Shown piece after piece: positions 60,828 to 64,000 of a stretch of 64,000 bases of DNA; position 1 is the stretch's first letter; the number at the start of each line of letters is the position of its first letter. Origin of the DNA: Myxococcota bacterium (GTDB lineage: Bacteria > Myxococcota_A > UBA796 > UBA2385); contig JBIJDH010000001.1 in NCBI GenBank assembly GCA_044344255.1, positions 256,001 through 320,000 on the forward strand, in the 5' to 3' direction. Below the pieces are notes generated by a model. The model was not told the origin of the DNA. It saw nothing but the letters and a program-made list of their open reading frames with translations, and made no database searches. The position numbers and the translations under genes are program-made.

Positions 60828-63800
60828 ATGATCGGAATCCCCTCGGCTGGAGAGTACGTCGGGCGCTGGTGCGTCCAGGGCGAGCTCGGTCGCGGCGGGA
60901 TGGCCGTCGTGCTCGACGTCATCGACGAGGCCAACGGAGAGACCGCGGCGCTCAAGCTGATGCTCCCCGGGGCGCCGAACGAGGAGATCACGCGGCGGTT
61001 TCGGCGCGAGTTCCGGGCGCTGCACCGGCTCGATCACCCGAACGTGCTCCACGTCTTCGAGACCGGCACCTACGACGACCGGCCCTACTTCGTCATGGAG
61101 CGCGTGGGTGGGCAGTGCCTCCGCGACCAGGTCGAGGAGTGGCGAGAGCTCGCCCCCGCAGAGCGCTTCCGCCGCGCCGAGAGCGTGCTCATCCAGGTGG
61201 CGCGCGCGCTCGAGTATGTGCACGCCCACGGCCTCGTTCACCGCGACGTCACGCCGGCGAACGTGATGCTCGAGCCCGACGGTCGGGCCCGCCTGATGGA
61301 CTTCGGGGTGGTCAAGGAGCCCGGCTGCGAGCTCACGAGCGTGGGTGAGGTGGTGGGCACCGTCGCCTACATCGCCCCCGAGCAGATCCAAGGCGGCAAG
61401 GTCGACGCCCGGGCTGACCTCTACTCCCTCGGCGCCGTCCTCTACCTGATGCTCACCGGGCGCCGGCCCTTCAACGCGCGCACGCTCGCCGGCTACATGG
61501 AGAAGCACCTCCACCGCCCCGTCCGGCCGCCCCGCGAGCTCACCCCCACCGTCCCGCCCGAGCTCGACGAGATCTGCGTCCGCCTGCTCGCGAAGGACCC
61601 CGCGGACCGCTTCGCCAGCGCCACCCACCTGCTCCACGCCCTCGGCGCGGCCGGCGACGAGGGCCCACCCCTGGGCCACCCCGCCTGGGCCCCGCCCCTG
61701 GTCGGGCGCACGGCCGAGCTGGCGCAGATCCACGAGGCCATCGCCCGGGTCACGGGCCAGGGCGCCGAGGAGGAGCCGGGCCGCGATCGCCGCGCCGGGG
61801 GCTTGCTCATCATCGAGGGCAACCCCGGCACCGGCGGCGCCCGCCTCACCGATGAGCTCGCCGCCGAAGCGCGCACGCAGGGCACCCCGCTCTCCCGCTC
61901 CCACAACCAGACCCCCACCCAGCTCGCCTTCTCGGGCTACCGCCCCCTCTACGAAGACCTCGTCCGCGGCGGCGTCGCGCAGCCGGCCTTGCTGCTCCAG
62001 GGGGTCTTCGGCGCGCCAGGGGCGATCCCCAAGCCGGAGCGCGCCGAGCGCTGGGCGGTGATGGCCGCGATGGCCGAGCTCATCCGCGAGGGCGGGCCCA
62101 GGGTCATCATCCTCGAGGCCCTCGATCGCGCCGACCGCGGCACCGTCGAGCTCACCGAGTACCTCGTCCGCAACCTCGTGGGCATCGGCGGCGCGCCGCT
62201 CCTCTTCGCCATCACGCGGCAGGAGCCCGCAGACTTCGATCCCCTGCGCGGCCTCGTCTCCGGCGAGTCCACCGGGGTCATCCCCGAGCGCATCGTGCTC
62301 GGCCCGCTCTCCCCCTCCGCCACCGAGGAGCTGGTGTTGCACGTCGTCGCCGACGGCGCCGCCGCCCGGGCCCTGGCGAAGCGCCTCCACAAGGAGGGCG
62401 AAGGGAGCCCCTTCTTCATCGTCGAGATGCTGCGGGCCCTCCACCAGGAGGGGGTGATCGGGCCTCGGCCCGTTCGCGGTCCGGCCGAGCTCACGGTGGA
62501 CGAGGACGAGGTCGATCACCTCACCCTGCCCGTGCCCTCCTCCTTGAAGGCGGCGATCGTCGAGCGGCTGCTGCCCCTCCGCGCGGAGGCTCGCCAGGTG
62601 GCAGAGGTGCTGGCGATCTCCCGCCAGGAGCTCGACCTCACGAGCTTGATGACCATCACCCACCTCTCCGAGGAAGAGGCCCTCACCGCCATCGACGCCC
62701 TCCTGGCCGCTGAGCTGGCCCTCGAGCGCGTGGTCGGCTCCACCGAGTGTTACGAGCTCGCCCGAAACCGCGTGCGGGACGTGCTCGTCGCCGAGATGGC
62801 CCCTGCCCTCCGGGCCGACCTCCACCGCCGGGTGGGGTCCCACCTCGAGCGCCAGTTCCGCCACAACCCGACCGCCATCGTCGAGACCCTGGCCTGGCAC
62901 TTCGAGCAGGGTGACCGCCCGGCCAAGGCCTACCCCTACCTCGTGCGGGCCGCCGAGAAGCTCGCCACCCGCACCTTCGTCGCCGAGGCCCTCGCCTGCC
63001 TCGACCGCGCCCAGGGCATCGAGCCCGAGGCCCGCGAGTACCTCACCCTCGACGACGCCGACCGCCGCCTCGCCGAGCTCAAGCTCCAGCGCGCCCAAGC
63101 CCTCGTGCACCTCGGCGCCTGGGCGGAGGGGGAGGCCGAGGCCCAGGCCGCGCACGCGCTCGCCGTCGAGCTGCAAGACGAGCGCGTCCAGACCCGCACC
63201 TTCACCGAGCTCGCCCTGCTGGCCCGCCGCCTCCGCCGCCTCGACGAGGCCGAGGGGCTGCTCCGCAAGGCGATCGCGCTCGCCGAGGGCATCGGCGACA
63301 AGCGGCTCCAGGTGGTGCCGCTCTACGAGCTCGGCGCCGTCCAGTGGGCCCGCGGCGACCTCGAGGCCGCGCGTGACTTCTTTGTCCAGGCCCTCGCCAG
63401 CGCCGAGGCCTACCAGGAAGAGCGCAGCCTCGCCCTCGGCTACAACGGCCTCGGCCTCGTCGCCCTCTGCAAGGGCCAGAGCGCCGAGGCCCGCCGCTAC
63501 TTCGAGCAGGCGATCGAGGTCTCGGAGAAGCACGGCCTGATGGACCGCCTCACGGTGGCCCGCACCAACCTCGCCGAGGTCTTCCACCTCACCGGCAACA
63601 TCCGCAAGGGCCTCGAGCTGGCCGACCACGCCATCACCCACGCCCGCGAGGTCGATCACCTCTACGGCATGGGCCTCGGCCTCCGCTATCGGGCCATGCT
63701 GCTCACCGACCTCGGCCGCCTGCCAGAGGCGATCGAGAACGCCGAGGAGGCGGTGCGCATCCAGCGCCAGCTCGACAACCCCGAGGACACGCTCACCGCC

Positions 63801-64000
63801 CTCGTGATGCTGCTCCGGGCCGTGCTCTCGGCCGGCGAGGTCGATCGGGCCTTGCAGCTCATGGACGAGGCCGCCCCGCTCCTCGCCGCCTTCGACTCCG
63901 AGGGCTTCGCCCCGCTGGTGCACGCCTGGCGGGCGCGCATCGCCGCCGCCACCGGCAACCCCGTCGGCGCCCGCGAGGCCCTGGCCCGCGCCACCGCGGC
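60828..64000 (+). CDS. Ser/Thr kinase - degenerate AAA/STAND - TPR protein (runs off the window end)
   Basis: Not in the ORF track (no stop in the window). Manual translation gives LGRGGMA, ALK, HRDVTPAN, DFG, APE, then LVGR..EL, EGNPGTGGA, EGSPFF and TPRs. Confidence 0.9.
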   Translation, partial: MIGIPSAGEYVGRWCVQGELGRGGMAVVLDVIDEANGETAALKLMLPGAPNEEITRRFRREFRALHRLDHPNVLHVFETGTYDDRPYFVMERVGGQCLRDQVEEWRELAPAERFRRAESVLIQVARALEYVHAHGLVHRDVTPANVMLEPDGRARLMDFGVVKEPGCELTSVGEVVGTVAYIAPEQIQGGKVDARADLYSLGAVLYLMLTGRRPFNARTLAGYMEKHLHRPVRPPRELTPTVPPELDEICVRLLAKDPADRFASATHLLHALGAAGDEGPPLGHPAWAPPLVGRTAELAQIHEAIARVTGQGAEEEPGRDRRAGGLLIIEGNPGTGGARLTDELAAEARTQGTPLSRSHNQTPTQLAFSGYRPLYEDLVRGGVAQPALLLQGVFGAPGAIPKPERAERWAVMAAMAELIREGGPRVIILEALDRADRGTVELTEYLVRNLVGIGGAPLLFAITRQEPADFDPLRGLVSGESTGVIPERIVLGPLSPSATEELVLHVVADGAAARALAKRLHKEGEGSPFFIVEMLRALHQEGVIGPRPVRGPAELTVDEDEVDHLTLPVPSSLKAAIVERLLPLRAEARQVAEVLAISRQELDLTSLMTITHLSEEEALTAIDALLAAELALERVVGSTECYELARNRVRDVLVAEMAPALRADLHRRVGSHLERQFRHNPTAIVETLAWHFEQGDRPAKAYPYLVRAAEKLATRTFVAEALACLDRAQGIEPEAREYLTLDDADRRLAELKLQRAQALVHLGAWAEGEAEAQAAHALAVELQDERVQTRTFTELALLARRLRRLDEAEGLLRKAIALAEGIGDKRLQVVPLYELGAVQWARGDLEAARDFFVQALASAEAYQEERSLALGYNGLGLVALCKGQSAEARRYFEQAIEVSEKHGLMDRLTVARTNLAEVFHLTGNIRKGLELADHAITHAREVDHLYGMGLGLRYRAMLLTDLGRLPEAIENAEEAVRIQRQLDNPEDTLTALVMLLRAVLSAGEVDRALQLMDEAAPLLAAFDSEGFAPLVHAWRARIAAATGNPVGAREALARATA

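Noticed and set aside
60801..63923. 1040-aa minus-strand ORF
   Set aside because: Antisense shadow of the + strand kinase gene, which carries all the motifs.
1..64000. rRNA, tRNA, IS transposase, integrase or prophage genes
   Set aside because: None recognised by eye; a tRNAscan/Infernal/ISEScan run would be needed to exclude them formally.

Overview
Very GC-rich bacterial chromosomal DNA, most likely Myxococcota: two MYXO-CTERM sorting tails, an AgmX/PglI-type C-terminal domain, a kinase-AAA-TPR protein, and lipoproteins with the DxDGDG...HP...DxDCDG metal-binding motif. About 55 genes. Core-like genes include a haem c/DUF1585-1588/DUF1501 lipoprotein cluster, a GAF sigma54 activator divergent from ahpC-ahpD, Fur-chrA, cobU-cobT-cobS, a CotH kinase, a surface glycoside hydrolase, transporters and a PP2C/kinase pair. 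Four accessory, conflict-like modules are interspersed. (1) An ABC ATPase + TOPRIM-like pair with an AT-rich central segment, resembling PARIS. (2) A coupled AAA+/STAND-like ATPase + inactive-STAND protein carrying eleven 48-aa TPR repeats whose variation is concentrated on one helix face. (3) A ~6 kb island bracketed by inverted REP-like elements. It holds a ~1400-aa degenerate HIT-PLD nuclease-SF2 helicase-LexA/S24 autoprotease fusion plus truncated toxin modules, and ends in a 10 x 21-bp UUCG-hairpin array in front of a sigma54 promoter. (4) An orphan PAAR gene coupled to a radical SAM/SPASM enzyme, converging on a TPR-B12-radical SAM enzyme. No rRNA, tRNA, CRISPR array, transposase or integrase was recognised. 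All family calls come from reading motifs by eye; no database search was run.
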